From the NCBI GenBank assembly GCA_964583675.1, contig CAZOVH010000002.1, positions 71,548 through 135,547 on the forward strand: 64,000 nucleotides of DNA. The letters run 5' to 3'. Each line of letters starts with the position of its first letter. Positions within the stretch are counted from its first letter, which is position 1. Positions 29,188-38,311 of this stretch are shown here, in pieces. The notes under the pieces are model-generated. The model was not told the origin of the DNA, ran no database searches, and saw only the letters and a program-made list of their open reading frames with translations. The DNA is from an uncultured Candidatus Saccharibacteria bacterium. Its GTDB lineage: Bacteria > Patescibacteriota > Saccharimonadia > CAILAD01 > GCA-016700035. The position numbers were made by a program, and so were the translations under genes.

Positions 29188-30849
29188 ATGCAAAACAATA
29201 AATATTATCTGTACGCCAGAAAGTCTACTGACGTAGAGGACAAACAGGTTTTGTCCATTGAGGCGCAACTGGTAGAGTTGCGAGAGTATGCCAAAAGAGA
29301 AAACTTATATATTGCAGCCGAGTTCATAGAGAAAAAGTCAGCCAAAACGACAGGCAGACCAGTATTTGGCAAACTGTTGGCTGAAATCGAAAAAGATGGC
29401 GGCAATATTTTGGCGTGGCACCCTGACAGACTTGCTAGAAATAGCGTAGACGGTGGGCAGATTGTCTATTTGCTAGACAGCGGACAACTCGGCACGCTCA
29501 AGTTTCCCTCTTTTTGGTTTGAGAACACGTCACAGGGCAAGTTTATGCTCTCAATAGCTTTTGGACAGTCCAAATATTATGTAGACAATCTGTCCGAGAA
29601 CACTAAAAGAGGTTTGCGCCAAAAAGTGCGGCGGGGCGAACGTCCTGGGCTTGCGCCTGTGGGCTACATAAATGATGTTAGGACAAAAACGGTTGTCGTA
29701 GACAAACGGCGTTCGCCGATTGTCATTGAGGCTTTTTCGTTGTACGTCAAAGGCGATCAACGGCTTGAGGATATCGCCACTTTTCTAGCAAGTAAAGGAA
29801 TACTAACGAAGTCTGGCAAACAGTTTCCGAAAGATAAAATTAAGCGCATACTCACCAATCCGTTTTACTATGGGCATTTCCGTTATTTTGGCGAGATACA
29901 CGAGGGCAAACATACAGCCATAATTTCCAAGAAACTTTTTGACGAGGTGCAAGCTACGCTTGCAAAGCGTGGGCGACCGCAAAAAGGCGCAACTGCGCCG
30001 CAAATATTTTGCGGTTTGCTCAAATGTGCAACGTGTAAACTGTCCGTTACTGCCGAGAAAAAGATAAAGCACCAAAAGAACGGCAATATTCACGAGTATG
30101 TGTATTATCGTTGCACAAGAAAGCACAAAACAATCCGTTGCACCGAGCCAGCCGTAACTGAGCATGATTTAGTAGCGCAGTTGGCGGACATTTTGTATAG
30201 CTACGCTATGCCACAAGCGTGGGCGATTACGCTGGGCAAAATGCTGGACGAGGACGAAAAGAAAACCAACCAAACATCTGGCTTGTTTGTGGCGGGCGCA
30301 CAAACACGACTTGCGAGCTTGCAGGGCAAGCTCCAGCGACTTTTAGACAGTTATTTAGACCAAGATATCGACCAGAACTCTTATCGCAGTAAACAGGGCG
30401 AGCTAATGTCCGAGAAAAAGTCGCTGGAGGAGCAAGTCAGCAAGCTAACGCTTGCCGCCGGAAGTTGGGTTGAACCTATGCACCAGTGGCTCAAACAATC
30501 CGTTTCTCTCTGTGAAGTTGCTAAAAATGGAAGTTATGCAGACATTAAGCAGGCATTTCTTGAAATGGACGGATTGAACCTGTTTCTAAAATCCAAAAAA
30601 GCGCAGCCAACGGCTGCCCCAAACGCAGCTCTCCCCCCTGAAAACATTTGGTCTGCGCTCCGCGCAGCCAAAGAAAAAACGGCGCAACGCGCCGCTAATT
30701 CTGACTTTAGTCCATTTCTGGTGCGGATGAAAGGACTCGAACCTTCACGTCTTGCGACACTAGCTCCTAAGGCTAGCGTGTCTACCAGTTCCACCACATC
30801 CGCTCGTCGCAAGCGAATTCACTTTGTCTTGCTCAGTGGCGATAATTAA
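29188..30849 (+). CDS. large serine recombinase/integrase
   Basis: N-terminal resolvase catalytic domain YARKSTDVEDKQVLSIEAQ; recombinase domain; Zn-ribbon CGLLKCATCK...YYRCT; coiled-coil; ORF reads through the repeat and tRNA-Leu with no stop until 30849, so the C-terminus is uncertain. Confidence 0.85.
   Translation: MQNNKYYLYARKSTDVEDKQVLSIEAQLVELREYAKRENLYIAAEFIEKKSAKTTGRPVFGKLLAEIEKDGGNILAWHPDRLARNSVDGGQIVYLLDSGQLGTLKFPSFWFENTSQGKFMLSIAFGQSKYYVDNLSENTKRGLRQKVRRGERPGLAPVGYINDVRTKTVVVDKRRSPIVIEAFSLYVKGDQRLEDIATFLASKGILTKSGKQFPKDKIKRILTNPFYYGHFRYFGEIHEGKHTAIISKKLFDEVQATLAKRGRPQKGATAPQIFCGLLKCATCKLSVTAEKKIKHQKNGNIHEYVYYRCTRKHKTIRCTEPAVTEHDLVAQLADILYSYAMPQAWAITLGKMLDEDEKKTNQTSGLFVAGAQTRLASLQGKLQRLLDSYLDQDIDQNSYRSKQGELMSEKKSLEEQVSKLTLAAGSWVEPMHQWLKQSVSLCEVAKNGSYADIKQAFLEMDGLNLFLKSKKAQPTAAPNAALPPENIWSALRAAKEKTAQRAANSDFSPFLVRMKGLEPSRLATLAPKASVSTSSTTSARRKRIHFVLLSGDN
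30590..30720. repeat. inverted-repeat copy B' (right end of putative element, inside the recombinase 3' coding region)
   Basis: Reverse complement of 28907-29040; ends exactly at the tRNA-Leu CCA. Confidence 0.85.
30719..30803 (-). tRNA. tRNA-Leu (anticodon UAG), type II with a long variable arm
   Basis: Minus-strand sequence GCGGATGTGGTGGAACTGGTAGACACGCTAGCCTTAGGAGCTAGTGTCGCAAGACGTGAAGGTTCGAGTCCTTTCATCCGCACCA; 7-bp acceptor stem, anticodon loop CTTAGGA, T-loop GGTTCGAGTCC, encoded CCA; close to E. coli tRNA-Leu. Confidence 0.8.
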
Positions 30850-30925
30850 TCTTAACACCACTGAGCAAGACACGTTCCATGCGACGCTCCTCTCAAATTC
30901 AAATTACCAATTTGAATTTAGGGGC

Positions 30926-31468
30926 TCAAGCTTTGTAATACGCGATTTGCGTTTCGCCATACTCGCGAGTTTTCACAAGTTTAGCAGGCCCTAGTATATC
31001 AGCTAATTTCTCTCGAGACGAGCATGATATCACCAGCACCCCACCCTCCGCCAGCTTACCGGCAGCGAGCTCCGCAATACTGGCGTCAAAACTCGCATAT
31101 GGTGGGTCAAAAAAGATGATGTCGTAACTATCTTCGGTATGCCCCAAGAAAGCCTTAACATCTTCCTGTGCAATCTTGTATTCCGACTGCACGCCCAGCT
31201 CTGCGGCATTTGTTTGCAGGCACTTAGCGGCCGCATGTGCCTTTTCTACCGCCACCACGCTTTCGGCCTCACGACTGAGCGCTTCAAACCCCAAGGCACC
31301 ACTTCCCGCATACAAATCCAACACCGCGAGGCCCGAGAGCTCTTCGCCCAACACGCTCATAATTGCCTGCCGCACTTTTTGCGAGATCGGCCGAGTGCCT
31401 TCGCCAGGCTGGCGGATCATCCTATAGCGAAGCGTGCCGGCCGTAATGCGCGTGGAATAATCTGGCAT
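30926..31468 (-). CDS. rsmD: 16S rRNA (guanine966-N2)-methyltransferase
   Basis: VLDLYAGSGALGFEALSR SAM-binding motif; DIIFFDPPYA. Confidence 0.8.
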   Translation of the reverse strand: MPDYSTRITAGTLRYRMIRQPGEGTRPISQKVRQAIMSVLGEELSGLAVLDLYAGSGALGFEALSREAESVVAVEKAHAAAKCLQTNAAELGVQSEYKIAQEDVKAFLGHTEDSYDIIFFDPPYASFDASIAELAAGKLAEGGVLVISCSSREKLADILGPAKLVKTREYGETQIAYYKA

Positions 31469-31473
31469 AACTT

Positions 31474-32244
31474 CTACCTCGTGCCAGCTAGTTGTCGGGC
31501 CGGCTTGTTTGCCCAAGCTTCTTCATAGGCGGCGAGCCAGGCGGCAGCAATCATCTGCGGGATTTTTGGTACCACTGTTGCACGAACAGATTTAGCAAGC
31601 TTGGTGGTCCAGCCATGAGCAATAAAATCTTCGTACAAACCAAGCTTGGCAATCTTGAGCGATTCTTCCTTAATAGCAGCTTCAATGCCCTTTTCTTTAA
31701 TGAGATCCACGAGCGCCATATCGAACTTTACGCGCAGTGGCGAAAACATCGTAGCGGTAGAAATGCCAGACTCAAATGCGATGTGCGAACTCTTCCAACC
31801 CTTCGTGCCCCACGTCTTCCAGCGTCGTGTCATTTTAGAGGCTTCAGCATATTCTTCGGCAATCAGCTTATAGCTAATGTGGTGCGCGGGCGTGAGTGAA
31901 TCGGTAATGTAGTGCGCCATCCAGCCAGCGTGGAAGCCGGCTTCGATGTAATCTTCGCGCTTTAGGCAGTCTACCAAGTTATTAAAGTGGATTTGAATCC
32001 AGTTTGGCAGGTGGCCAATTTCGTTGACCGGGTCCCAAAGGTGGTCGGAGTTATAGTTGCCTTTTACCTTGAGCCCATCTGGCCCACCATAGCCTTCAAA
32101 GTTTAAAATGTCGCGACGGAGCGGGAAACGATCACGTCGAATCATCCGAGAAACAAGACGATATGCTTCGCGGTCGAGTTTTTGATGTGTGCCAGCCCAG
32201 GTGATTTTTCCTTTACTGGCGAATGATGTAAATCCTGAATTCAT
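31474..32244 (-). CDS. hypothetical protein; possible Zn-dependent phospholipase C / S1-P1-like metal-binding motifs
   Basis: 256 aa; HAGWMAHYITDSLTPAHH resembles Zn_dep_PLPC metal ligands; weak. Confidence 0.3.
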   Translation of the reverse strand: MNSGFTSFASKGKITWAGTHQKLDREAYRLVSRMIRRDRFPLRRDILNFEGYGGPDGLKVKGNYNSDHLWDPVNEIGHLPNWIQIHFNNLVDCLKREDYIEAGFHAGWMAHYITDSLTPAHHISYKLIAEEYAEASKMTRRWKTWGTKGWKSSHIAFESGISTATMFSPLRVKFDMALVDLIKEKGIEAAIKEESLKIAKLGLYEDFIAHGWTTKLAKSVRATVVPKIPQMIAAAWLAAYEEAWANKPARQLAGTR

Positions 32245-32249
32245 AGGTT

Positions 32250-34286
32250 TTAATCGAGCGACGTGACAGCCTTTAAGCTATTCACAACCGCTATGACTTG
32301 AGGATATTTTACAATTTTTTCTTGTTTTAGGAAAGAGTCTACGGCTGTTCTTGCCCGTTCCACCTCTTTTGAGTCGTGCAATGTAGCAAACCTAAAGTCG
32401 GCAGCACCAGATTGCCGTACTCCAAACCGCTGGCCAGCACCACGATTTGCTAGATCTATTTCGGCCAGTCTAAACCCGTCATTCGTACGAGCTAATGCGG
32501 CGATTCTCTGACGTGAAGCGCTATCTTGAGTGGTAAATAAATAACATTCGGAGGCAATATCACTACGCCCAACCCGTCCACGCAGCTGATGGAGAGTAGC
32601 GAGGCCAAACCGGTCGGCTGACTCCACCAGCATAACCGTGGCACGATCCACATGCACGCCAACCTCAATTACTGTGGTGGCCACCAAAATATCTAACTCC
32701 CCGGCTGCAAACTGCGTCATAACCGCATCTTTTTCCTCAGACTTAAGCTTGCCGTGTAAAAGGCCAATCCGCCGATGTCGAAACACCGTGCGCGACAGGC
32801 GTTGCTTTTCTTGCTTTACAGCCCGCGAGCCGCTTGGGTCGGCCGCATCAATTGAAGGACACACAATATAAGCTTGTTCACCCTTAGTGATGCGAGCATC
32901 TATCTCAGCATACACCCGCACCCTATCATCTTCGGAGCAGACATGGGTTTTAATCGGTACGCGACCCGGCGGCATATCCGTGAGAAGTGAAATATCCAGA
33001 TCGCCAAACGCCACCAGGCCAAGCGTGCGCGGGATTGGTGTAGCAGTCATGGTGAGAACGTGCGGCAAGCGACCGGCCTTGTCTTTTAAGCTTAGCCGCT
33101 GGTTCACGCCAAATCGGTGTTGTTCGTCTACCACAACCAAGCCCAGATTTGGAAACTGGATGTTTTTCGTAATCAACGCCTGAGTACCAATCACCACATC
33201 AACTTCGCCAGCCTGCACCGCAGTCACCAATTCCGCCCGATCTTTTGCTTTAAGATGACTTGCCAAAAGCTCAACGCGAATCCCCCACGACTTCAGCAAC
33301 TCCCGAAAACTTTTTACATGCTGCGTGCCTAGCACCACCGTTGGCACCATCACCGCCACCTGAAAGCCCGCGCGGATAGCCATCAAGGCTGCAAATGCCG
33401 CCACTAAAGTTTTTCCAGAACCGACATCTCCTTCTAAAAGTCGACTCATCGGTGCACCGCGTTGCATATCTTCAAAGATTTGCCAGCTCACTTTGCGCTG
33501 AGAGTTTGTGAGCGCAAATGGTAATGAGCCTACAAATTCTTTGGCTAAATCTTCCTTAAAGGGCACCTCAATACCCGGTTCTGTCTCAAGCTCTTCACGC
33601 AATACCCGACTGGTGAGCATATGGAAGAATAACTCACCAAAAGCCATACGCTTTTGGGCCTCTTGAAGCTGTTTAGCGTCGGTCGGCTCGTGCAATTCTC
33701 TTACTGCAGCCGGCAGCGTAATAAGTTTTTGCGCCCTCAAAACCGACTCCGGCAGCGGATCAGCTAATTCGTCGGCCACATCAATGCACTGACGCACAAG
33801 ATTGCGCAAAACCTTTGAGGTAACTTTTGCGGTCTCAGGATAGATTGCTACAATCCGTCCAGCTCGATCTATGCTCGAAGGCCGCTCAAACTGCGGCTGC
33901 ACCACACTAAATACACCGGCCTTAAACTTCAGCTCGCCAGTAAAAAAATACTCATCACCAAGGTTAAGTTGATCAGCCACATACGGCGCGTGAAACCAGG
34001 TCAGTTTTAAGGAGCCGGTATCATCAACCACCACCGCTTCGGTGATTACCATGCGTCGATTACGAGCTGCGCGCCGAACCGCAACATCTTCCACCTTCGC
34101 GCGCACCGTAACGAGGCCCGGACGAAGCTGGGCGATTGGCTTAAGTTGAGAAAAATCATCATACCGACGTGGGAAATAATCCAGCAGATCCCGAACCGTC
34201 TCCAGGCCCATGCGCGCGAGCTCCCGCTCCATCACCTCGCCAACACCCTTTAAGATGGCGAGGCGCGTATCTAGCCGCGCGCTCAT
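32250..34286 (-). CDS. recG: ATP-dependent DNA helicase
   Basis: 678 aa; wedge domain plus DEQHRFG, GDVGSGKT helicase motifs. Confidence 0.92.
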   Translation of the reverse strand: MSARLDTRLAILKGVGEVMERELARMGLETVRDLLDYFPRRYDDFSQLKPIAQLRPGLVTVRAKVEDVAVRRAARNRRMVITEAVVVDDTGSLKLTWFHAPYVADQLNLGDEYFFTGELKFKAGVFSVVQPQFERPSSIDRAGRIVAIYPETAKVTSKVLRNLVRQCIDVADELADPLPESVLRAQKLITLPAAVRELHEPTDAKQLQEAQKRMAFGELFFHMLTSRVLREELETEPGIEVPFKEDLAKEFVGSLPFALTNSQRKVSWQIFEDMQRGAPMSRLLEGDVGSGKTLVAAFAALMAIRAGFQVAVMVPTVVLGTQHVKSFRELLKSWGIRVELLASHLKAKDRAELVTAVQAGEVDVVIGTQALITKNIQFPNLGLVVVDEQHRFGVNQRLSLKDKAGRLPHVLTMTATPIPRTLGLVAFGDLDISLLTDMPPGRVPIKTHVCSEDDRVRVYAEIDARITKGEQAYIVCPSIDAADPSGSRAVKQEKQRLSRTVFRHRRIGLLHGKLKSEEKDAVMTQFAAGELDILVATTVIEVGVHVDRATVMLVESADRFGLATLHQLRGRVGRSDIASECYLFTTQDSASRQRIAALARTNDGFRLAEIDLANRGAGQRFGVRQSGAADFRFATLHDSKEVERARTAVDSFLKQEKIVKYPQVIAVVNSLKAVTSLD

Positions 34287-35470
34287 ACGTGAATGCGGAC
34301 GAAGCGGCGCTTGCCGACCTGCACAATCATGCCAGCCCGCAACACAACATCTTCAGCAGACTCGACTACAGCTCCGTCTACCCGCACACCCCCTTGAGAA
34401 ATCAAACGTCGTACTTCAGACTTTGTGAGTCCAAAAGCATTCGCCATCAATCCGACAGCATCTGCTAGCTCCTTATCATCGGCTCGATAATCCGGAATAT
34501 CGGTTGGTGTTTCGCCGGCTCTAAACTGCTTGTTCCAAGCTTCTTCGGCCGCTTCAGCAGCCTTTGCGCCATGATATCGACCAACAATCTCGCGCGCCAA
34601 ACTCGCCTTGGTGTCACGAGGATTGGCTCCAGCCGCCATATCTTGCTCCACGGCCTGCACAACGTCCAAATCAACATCAGTCGCTAACTTGAAGTAATGT
34701 GGAATCAACTCATCATTGAGCGCCATCACCTTGCCGTACATGTCTTTTGGCTCATCGGTAATAAAAATACAGTTCGGCTGAGTTTTGCTCATCTTCTTAC
34801 CATCTGGTCCAATCAAAAGTTCCGTCACCATTACGGCTTGAGCTGGCTGCCCGGCACGCTTTTGGAGTGTGCGCCCAGCCATCATATTAAAGAGCTGATC
34901 GTTGCCACCAAGCTCGACATCTGCATGTAAAGCTACGGAGTCATAGCCCTGCATAACCGGATACAAGAATTCTTGCAGGCCAATCGGCTTACCATTTTCG
35001 TAGCGATTGCGGAAGTTGTCACGCTCTAACATCTGCGCCACCTTAAACTCACTTGCTAAGAGCAAGATATCAGCAAACTCAAGCTGCTTGAGCCACTCGG
35101 AGTTATAGCGAATTTCAGCCTTAGAAAGATCCACAATCTGACCAATTTGCTTGAGGTAGTTCTTCATATTATGACGAACATCTTCGCGTGTCAGCTGCTG
35201 TCGCTCCGACTGCTTATCGGAAGTATCGCCAATCATGGCGGTATAGTCGCCAATTAAGATGATGACGTGGTGTCCAAGCTCCTGAAATTCGCGCAACTTC
35301 CAATACACCACCGCATGACCAAGGTGAATTCGATCACCGGTAGGATCTATACCGAATTTGATACGCAGCGGTTTTCTACCATCGAGACGCTTGGCTAAAT
35401 CATCTCGTACAATAACATCTTCAATGCCGCGGGTGAGAAGTTGCTCTTTTTTATCGGCTTGGGTCTTCAT
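34283..35470 (-). CDS. tyrS: tyrosine--tRNA ligase
   Basis: HLGH (HIGH) and KMSKT (KMSKS) motifs; C-terminal S4 domain. Confidence 0.95.
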   Translation of the reverse strand: MKTQADKKEQLLTRGIEDVIVRDDLAKRLDGRKPLRIKFGIDPTGDRIHLGHAVVYWKLREFQELGHHVIILIGDYTAMIGDTSDKQSERQQLTREDVRHNMKNYLKQIGQIVDLSKAEIRYNSEWLKQLEFADILLLASEFKVAQMLERDNFRNRYENGKPIGLQEFLYPVMQGYDSVALHADVELGGNDQLFNMMAGRTLQKRAGQPAQAVMVTELLIGPDGKKMSKTQPNCIFITDEPKDMYGKVMALNDELIPHYFKLATDVDLDVVQAVEQDMAAGANPRDTKASLAREIVGRYHGAKAAEAAEEAWNKQFRAGETPTDIPDYRADDKELADAVGLMANAFGLTKSEVRRLISQGGVRVDGAVVESAEDVVLRAGMIVQVGKRRFVRIHV

Positions 35471-35559
35471 ACACTGATTGTATCAGATGTAATGATGGTT
35501 CAACAAAAGTCGGTTTTCAAAGCTAATTTTCAGTAAAAATGCTATAATTATACGTACTC

Positions 35560-38259
35560 ATGGCGAAACGTCGCACAGTTAGATCTCCCCGTCGCGTAGT
35601 GCATCGCACACCGTCGAATCACCCGGAGGCCAGAAAGCTTCAATCCCCTGCAAACGCCAAGGGATGGGCTCGCTTACACCCAAAAAATATTTGGGCCGCA
35701 ATCAGCTCCAAAAAAGGTCGCCGTATTATTGCCGCAACATTTGCCGGCCTGTTCTTAGTGGTTCTCGCACTCTTTCTCTGGATCGCTAAAGATCTTCCGA
35801 GTCCAAATAAAATTAACTCCAAAATCTCTGCCCAAACCACCAAACTTTATGACCGCACAGGACAGAATGTCTTAGTAGAAATTTATGGAGACAAAAACCG
35901 CTCAGTTGTAGAGTTAGATCAAATCCCGGTTGATTGCCGCAACGCTACCATTGCCCTAGAAGATAAAAACTTCTATAAACAAGGCGCATTTTCTGTTGCT
36001 GGTATTGGTCGTGCGCTCACCGGCGTGGTCTTTAAGGACCCATCAAAGGGTGGTGGCTCTACAATTACACAGCAATACGTGAAAAATGCTTTCCTTACGA
36101 GTGAACGCACTCCCGCTCGCAAACTAAAAGAAATCATCCTGGCCGTTCAAATTGAACTTCTCTATAAAAAAGATGACATCTTAAAGCTCTATCTCAATGA
36201 AATCCCTTACGGCTCAACCGCCTATGGCATACAGGCCGCTGCTAAAACTTACTACAGTAAGGACGCAAAAGACCTTACTCTCGGCGAATGCTCAACTCTA
36301 GCCTCACTGCCTCAAGCGCCGAGCTATTACAACCGTAACAAAAACGCTTTAGCTGGCCGTCAAGAAACCGCGTTGACATACATGACAGAACAAGGCTACA
36401 TCACCAAAGAACAAGCTGATGCCGCATTGGCAGAAGGCGCCATCGCCAAGATGAAAATTAATAACTTTGCCGCCAACATCACGGCCCCTCACTTCGTGCA
36501 GTATGTACGCGATCAGCTGGAAGAAAAATATGGTGTCAAGCGCGTCAACGAAGGTGGGCTTAAAGTTATCACCTCGCTTGATATCGAAAAGCAAAAACTC
36601 GCCGAAGATTCGGTAAAAAATGGCATCACCAACGTCCGTAAATTTGGCGGTAGCAACGCCGCTCTCGTATCGGCCGACGCTGATTCTGGCGAAGTTCTGG
36701 CAATGGTTGGAAGCTATGACTACAACGACCCAGAAGTTGGTAACTTTAATGTAGCCGCCGCCAACCGTCAGCCGGGTTCATCTATTAAGCCAATTATTTA
36801 TGCCTCCATGTTTAAAGGCAACTGGGGCCCTGGCTCTACTATGTACGATGTGCAAACCGACTTTGGCGGTGGCTATAAGCCAAAGAACTATACTGGCCGG
36901 TTTTATGGTGTGCAATCGGTACGCACATCGCTAGCAAGCTCGCTTAATATCCCGGCCGTAAAAGCACTCTACCTCGCCGGCATTCCGCAAACCATTCAGA
37001 CCGCCAACGACATGGGCATTACCACCTATAGTAAAGAAGATGCCAACCGATTAGGTCTCTCCATGGCTCTAGGGTCTGGCGAAGTAAAACTCACCGAAAT
37101 GGTAAATGCGTTCACGGCTTTCCCAGCAGAAGGTGCTGTCCGTGACCAAGTGACTGTCCTCGAGGTGAGCGACTCATCCGGTAAAATTATTGAGAAGAAT
37201 ACTGTGGAGTCTAATAAACAGCGACAGGCCCTGGATCCACAGATTGCTTACGAAATTAACTCCATCCTTTCAGATAACCAAGCCCGCTGCTCAATCGGTG
37301 TTTTCTCATGCAATAACCCACTCATAATTCGCGGAAAAACTGTTGCGGCAAAGACCGGAACTACCAACGACTATAAAGATGCGTGGACTATGGGATACAC
37401 CCGAAAGACCGTTACAGGAGTCTGGGCAGGCAATAACGATAATGTACCAATGACCCAAGCTGCATCGATTGTTTCGGCCCCAATTTGGCAAGACTATATG
37501 ACAAAAGCGACCGCAGCGGAGGGAGACATACCCTTCGAGCAGCCAGCCACGTTAAAGAAAGTGGAGCTTGATGCTGACACCGGCAAGCTACCAAACGACG
37601 GTACAAAACGTAAGCGTGCAGATATATTTGCTAGCTGGTATAAGCCTGTTGCCGCACCAGCTAGTTCGGCCGCAAAAATTAATAAACTCGATGGTAAGCT
37701 AGCAACTGAATGTACGCCAATTGATGCACAACAAGATGTGACTGCTAACTCAATTTCAGCTGAAATTCCACCAAACGATATTAGCTTCCCTCGCTGGAAT
37801 CCACCCGTTGCAGCTCTAGCAGCAGGGCTCGGCCTAAGCTCCGGAACTGGCATCCCGACCGAGAAAAGTACTATGCACTCCTGCACAGACGCCAAACCGA
37901 CAGTATCCATAGATGTAAACCCATCGTCTGGCTCGGCATTCATTATCTCAGCATCAGTCACAAGCGGAACATTCCCTGTAAACCAGCTAGTAATCCTTAT
38001 AAATGACCAGCCATACACTACCCAGACGGTAAATGGCAGTGGCACCTACCCGATAGGCATCACTCCCGGGACCATCGGCCCTCTTAAAATTCAAGTAAAA
38101 GCAATCGACACTGGCCTCTATAGCACAACATCAAACGCCGAAAACGTTATCGGCACCTCAGGTCCAAGTGCCCAAAAAACCGATGCGAATACCGCGAACC
38201 TTGCGCGTTGGTTTGACGCTGCTCTTTACGACACCCGGCGCAGAATTAGCTCGTTATAA
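35560..38259 (+). CDS. class A penicillin-binding protein (transglycosylase/transpeptidase) with a ~220-aa C-terminal extension
   Basis: N-terminal TM; GT51 motifs (EDKNFYKQ, GGSTITQQ); transpeptidase SxxK-like; extended TGn -10 promoter at about 35526-35540. Confidence 0.9.
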   Translation: MAKRRTVRSPRRVVHRTPSNHPEARKLQSPANAKGWARLHPKNIWAAISSKKGRRIIAATFAGLFLVVLALFLWIAKDLPSPNKINSKISAQTTKLYDRTGQNVLVEIYGDKNRSVVELDQIPVDCRNATIALEDKNFYKQGAFSVAGIGRALTGVVFKDPSKGGGSTITQQYVKNAFLTSERTPARKLKEIILAVQIELLYKKDDILKLYLNEIPYGSTAYGIQAAAKTYYSKDAKDLTLGECSTLASLPQAPSYYNRNKNALAGRQETALTYMTEQGYITKEQADAALAEGAIAKMKINNFAANITAPHFVQYVRDQLEEKYGVKRVNEGGLKVITSLDIEKQKLAEDSVKNGITNVRKFGGSNAALVSADADSGEVLAMVGSYDYNDPEVGNFNVAAANRQPGSSIKPIIYASMFKGNWGPGSTMYDVQTDFGGGYKPKNYTGRFYGVQSVRTSLASSLNIPAVKALYLAGIPQTIQTANDMGITTYSKEDANRLGLSMALGSGEVKLTEMVNAFTAFPAEGAVRDQVTVLEVSDSSGKIIEKNTVESNKQRQALDPQIAYEINSILSDNQARCSIGVFSCNNPLIIRGKTVAAKTGTTNDYKDAWTMGYTRKTVTGVWAGNNDNVPMTQAASIVSAPIWQDYMTKATAAEGDIPFEQPATLKKVELDADTGKLPNDGTKRKRADIFASWYKPVAAPASSAAKINKLDGKLATECTPIDAQQDVTANSISAEIPPNDISFPRWNPPVAALAAGLGLSSGTGIPTEKSTMHSCTDAKPTVSIDVNPSSGSAFIISASVTSGTFPVNQLVILINDQPYTTQTVNGSGTYPIGITPGTIGPLKIQVKAIDTGLYSTTSNAENVIGTSGPSAQKTDANTANLARWFDAALYDTRRRISSL

Positions 38260-38311
38260 TTGACCACTAAAGGCCAGGCTCATTTGTTATATCTAAAACG
38301 GACGTGGCTAA

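Larger units (their letters stand above)
27058..30721. mobile_element. putative ~3.66-kb integrative element at the tRNA-Leu 3' end (serine-recombinase type)
   Basis: Recombinase abutting the tRNA 3' end; both element/chromosome junctions and the internal joined-end copy share a CC/GG dinucleotide (27058-59, 28905-06, 30720-21); no tRNA 3'-end direct repeat, consistent with a serine integrase. Confidence 0.4.

Noticed and set aside
27058-30720. Interpretation of the long inverted repeats as IS/composite-transposon terminal inverted repeats
   Set aside because: No transposase is present, the repeats are far longer than typical TIRs, and there are no flanking target-site duplications. The pattern matches recombinase-generated junctions better, though a dispersed MITE-like repeat family cannot be excluded without the rest of the genome.
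31474-32244. Confident call of a zinc-dependent phospholipase C
   Set aside because: Only a short H/D/H motif resemblance; it is kept as a hypothetical protein with a low-confidence note.
35471-35559. T-box leader upstream of tyrS
   Set aside because: Only 89 bp of intergenic DNA is available, too short for a T-box, and no specifier or antiterminator motifs are seen.
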